DNA from: a virus
Lineage: Duplodnaviria > Heunggongvirae > Uroviricota > Caudoviricetes
IMG/VR virus record: IMGVR_UViG_3300021431_002946
Span: 417,291 to 467,383 of that record
Reading direction: 5' to 3' (one strand)
DNA length: 50,093 nucleotides
In this document: positions 47,240-50,093 of the stretch, piece by piece
How positions within the stretch are numbered: the first letter of the stretch is position 1
Layout of the letters: the number at the start of each line of letters is the position of its first letter
Translations under genes and position numbers: made by a program
The notes under the pieces: model-generated
Seen by the model: only the letters and a program-made list of their open reading frames with translations
Told to the model about the DNA's origin: nothing
Databases searched by the model: none

Positions 47240-47728
47240 ATGTTAGGAAAGAAAGGCAAAAAAGTAAGTGAAAATACACCTGCTAAGTCTGCTGAAGAAT
47301 TTACCAAGAATTTACCGCCTATTGCAAAAAAATATGGATTCAGAGTTTCAAGACCTTATGGTTATTTTCATGAAGATGTAGATAACTTGATCATGAAACT
47401 TGAAGATGAGATTAATAATTTGACAAAGGAAAATAAGACTCTTTCTGATAGTTTAGATAAAACAAAAGAAGAGCTTAAAGATGTTAAATCAGAATTCTCA
47501 AGATACAGAATGCAGATTTCATTTATGCCTTTTGGTGAAAAATCAGAAGAAGAAGAAATTGATCAGATTAATGGAATTAAAGATATAAATGCAAATAATA
47601 AACCGTCTATAAAAATTAAACCAGCAAAAACTGATATACAAGCAACTTCTACTTCTGACCCTAACAAAAAGAAAAAATCTACGTTTAATAATTTAATTAG
47701 ACCTAAACAAGACACAAATGGAGGTTAA
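47240..47728 (+). CDS. DivIVA-like coiled-coil protein
   Basis: F....YGYFHEDVDNLI followed by coiled coil. Confidence 0.6.
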   Translation: MLGKKGKKVSENTPAKSAEEFTKNLPPIAKKYGFRVSRPYGYFHEDVDNLIMKLEDEINNLTKENKTLSDSLDKTKEELKDVKSEFSRYRMQISFMPFGEKSEEEEIDQINGIKDINANNKPSIKIKPAKTDIQATSTSDPNKKKKSTFNNLIRPKQDTNGG

Positions 47729-47734
47729 TACAGT

Positions 47735-48328
47735 ATGTCTGCATTAGATAGAATAAATAAATTAAACAGTAATACTGAAAAACCAAATCTCTCAGTTGAT
47801 GCACAACTTTTAGCTGCAAATGATCTTGAAAATCCTGAGAATGAAGAGTTTTTTGGTGGAATGTCAGAAGAGGCAAAAGAATCTTTGTCAAAATCATTTT
47901 CTCAATTTGAAGTTCGTATTGACTCTACTGATCTTATAAAGTCAGATAAGAAAGAAGAATCAACTGGAATAGCTGAGGAATCTGATGCTGAAGAACCAGT
48001 TGAAGAAACAAAAGAAGATGAGTCTAAGGAAGAAGTTAAAGTTGAAGAAAAATCTGATGAAATAAAGATAGAAAAAGAGTCTGAAGATAATAGGCTATTT
48101 AATAATAATAAAGAAGAATCGCATGGTAAGTCTCGTGGTAGACCAAGACGTGAAGTAAAGGAGCAATCACAAATGAGTCAAGAAAATTCTATGGTAGATT
48201 GTAAGCCAATCATGGATAAGTTAGTAAAAGATCTTATTGATGATTTGAAGAAAAATAAGTATTCAATCGGTAGTTTTAGTGACGCCGAAATGAAGATAAT
48301 TTATGATTACATTTATAGTAAACTTTAA
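47735..48328 (+). CDS. acidic protein with AT-hook-like motif
   Basis: E-rich; SRGRPRR. Confidence 0.7.
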   Translation: MSALDRINKLNSNTEKPNLSVDAQLLAANDLENPENEEFFGGMSEEAKESLSKSFSQFEVRIDSTDLIKSDKKEESTGIAEESDAEEPVEETKEDESKEEVKVEEKSDEIKIEKESEDNRLFNNNKEESHGKSRGRPRREVKEQSQMSQENSMVDCKPIMDKLVKDLIDDLKKNKYSIGSFSDAEMKIIYDYIYSKL

Positions 48329-48342
48329 AGGAGGAAACAAAA

Positions 48343-48678
48343 ATGGACGGATTTTATGTATTAGCTAATACATTTACTCCTGTTGCGCTCGAATCTGATT
48401 TCGTAAAAAACATAGTTTCTTATGCAGCAATGATTGGCGGTGCGATTTTAGCAATTTTCTTAATTGTAGGTATTGTTAAAGATGGTATTGCTTACGCTAA
48501 AGGTGGTGGATCAATATTCCCTATCATTGGTAAAGCTTTATTCCTCATTCTTTGTATTGGATTAATATTCTTAGCACTGCAATATAAAAATATTGGTAAT
48601 AAAGCCGCAACGCTTGCAGAAAAAGGAATTAATATAATTGAAACAGAAGTTCGTAAAGCAGTAGATGGCGGAGCATAA
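48343..48678 (+). CDS. small two-TM protein, pilin/VirB2-like candidate
   Basis: Two hydrophobic helices separated by KDGIAYAKGGG; context. Confidence 0.5.
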   Translation: MDGFYVLANTFTPVALESDFVKNIVSYAAMIGGAILAIFLIVGIVKDGIAYAKGGGSIFPIIGKALFLILCIGLIFLALQYKNIGNKAATLAEKGINIIETEVRKAVDGGA

Positions 48679-48721
48679 TTATAGTAAGTAAATTAGAAAA
48701 ATAAAGTAAGGAGGAATATGC

Positions 48722-49291
48722 ATGTCATTGGCTGATTTTATGAAGCAATTGCAAGATCAAGATGCTTCTGGTATTGTATATAGCCAAGTGCCTGAACAAC
48801 CTGTGCGTGTTATTCCGCCTGAAGAAACAGCGGTTAAAATAATTGCGCCAGAATCAAAGGTACTAAATCCAGTTAAAAGTACTCAACCTGCTAAAATTAA
48901 ATTAAAACTGGAAAGACCAAATCCTCAGGCGCCTGAACAACAAATTCAACCGCAAATTCAAGTACCTACTAATCAAACAGAAACTGAAATTATTCCTGAA
49001 CACATAGTTCAAGACATTCAGAATACTATTGAGAAAAATGAAGAACCTGTTCCAGTAGCTCAATTGAGTGAAGAAGAATTATTCATTAAAAGTGGTACTG
49101 AATCTAGTAAAAAAGATATTTGGCTCGACTATTTTGCTCAAGCAAAAGCGAGTCGAAAACATAATCCTGTTGTAGATAGAATGAGATTAGGTAAATTTAC
49201 AATTACACCTGATAATAAAGTTCTTATTCTACCGGACTACGATGTCGTCAATAAAGATCCTGACGATATTTTGAAAGATAGTTGGTTTTAA
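48722..49291 (+). CDS. hypothetical protein with Pro/Gln-rich region
   Basis: 189 aa, AAGGAGG RBS. Confidence 0.75.
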   Translation: MSLADFMKQLQDQDASGIVYSQVPEQPVRVIPPEETAVKIIAPESKVLNPVKSTQPAKIKLKLERPNPQAPEQQIQPQIQVPTNQTETEIIPEHIVQDIQNTIEKNEEPVPVAQLSEEELFIKSGTESSKKDIWLDYFAQAKASRKHNPVVDRMRLGKFTITPDNKVLILPDYDVVNKDPDDILKDSWF

Positions 49292-49404
49292 CCTCCACAT
49301 TAGCTCTATTATTTGGGTCTGTGTGACATTTCCAATAATAGTATATATATAATTTATTTATTTTATTTTATTTATAATGTGCCTGGTTAAATCTCTATAA
49401 AAAG

Positions 49405-49437
49405 AAATGGTATATACTTCGGTATATACCATTTTTT
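49405..49437 (+). terminator. intrinsic terminator with cUUCGg loop
   Basis: AAATGGTATATAC-TTCG-GTATATACCATTT plus T tract. Confidence 0.85.
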
Positions 49438-49751
49438 ATTAATTCTATACATTTTTTATTCCCTAGAGTACATTTATTAGTACTATTATACAAATTATCA
49501 TTTTTTGTATACATATTGCACAAAACCTATACAAAAATATATAACTGCACTTGTACAGATGTACAAATGTTATACATTTATACCAAAAGTGGTTTATTTT
49601 TTTAGAGAATATATTATAATATAATTAGATAAAATAAATACGATTAAGTACTTTATCTTATCTCTCGTTTATCAAGGTAATTACATTATATACCAAGTAA
49701 ACGAAAAAATAAACGAAAAAAATATTACAAAACTGAAAAGAGGAAATTAAA

Positions 49752-50093
49752 ATGAGAAACAGAGTAACCTACATCACAGTAATTACATTAGTAATTATCA
49801 TGTCTGTAGTTTCACTCGCAGGCTGCAACAAAGAACCTAAGTTCAAGCTGATCGCAACAGAAACTACAGTAGAGACAACAACAGAAACAGTAGCACCTAC
49901 AGAGTCTAGCGAGACAACAGTTGCTACAACAGAAACAACTGTAGAAACCACAACTGAGGAAACAATTACAGAGACTACAGTAGAATCTAACTATAAGAAT
50001 AACGACGTAGACTTCGGTAATGATAAGAAGGCTGCTGAAACTCACAAAGATAATAAGGGTGGCAAGGTAACTACAACTAAGTCTCCTTCTAAG
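49752..50093 (+). CDS. lipoprotein with Thr/Glu-rich linker (runs off window end)
   Basis: GAGG RBS; MRNRVTYITVITLVIIMSVVSLAGC lipobox; ETT repeats. Confidence 0.8.
   Translation, partial: MRNRVTYITVITLVIIMSVVSLAGCNKEPKFKLIATETTVETTTETVAPTESSETTVATTETTVETTTEETITETTVESNYKNNDVDFGNDKKAAETHKDNKGGKVTTTKSPSK

Noticed and set aside
1871-50045. All minus-strand ORFs and nested alternate-frame + ORFs in the track (e.g. 1871, 2196, 17753, 31402, 41990, 49769, 49812)
   Set aside because: Shadows of well-supported + strand genes; no RBS, implausible composition
1-50093. Stop-codon recoding
   Set aside because: Genes are full length under code 11 and TAG/TGA coincide with natural ends followed by new RBSs
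1-50093. tRNA or rRNA genes
   Set aside because: No cloverleaf/T-arm pattern seen in intergenic regions by eye; tRNAscan-SE not run

Overview
Very AT-rich (by eye; not computed) 50 kb segment with essentially all credible genes on the + strand, strong Firmicutes-type RBSs and many intrinsic terminators. It reads as part of a large extrachromosomal element of a low-GC Gram-positive host (conjugative megaplasmid or phage-plasmid-like); no capsid, tail, terminase, relaxase or replication initiator gene is recognisable here. Left part (1-21.8 kb): phage-style accessory genes, including an NAD-dependent DNA ligase split into two separately promoted genes 14.8 kb apart, a GIY-YIG endonuclease, two 'FETNSS' proteins with a radical SAM enzyme, guanylate kinase, CCA-adding enzyme, SleB-type hydrolase, small alarmone hydrolase, methyltransferase and tandem paralog arrays. 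Right part: Gram-positive conjugation-like genes (TcpE-like, VirB4 N-terminal half, PilT-like ATPase, two large paralogous membrane proteins of which one carries a lysozyme domain, ParA/CpaE-like, DivIVA-like, pilin-like), SSBs, SbcC/SbcD, HEPN-CBS, ADP-ribosylglycohydrolase, a TnpB-only IS200/IS605 element inside a small gene, and an IscB-type PLMP/RRXRR domain fused to an FtsK-like ATPase behind a structured leader. Two promoter classes are visible: sigmaA-like TTTACA-N17-TATAAT, and an element-specific single-box motif AAAGACTATTTAATWATATA found about 10 times, mostly 35-47 nt before start codons. All family calls come from motif recognition by eye, not database searches.
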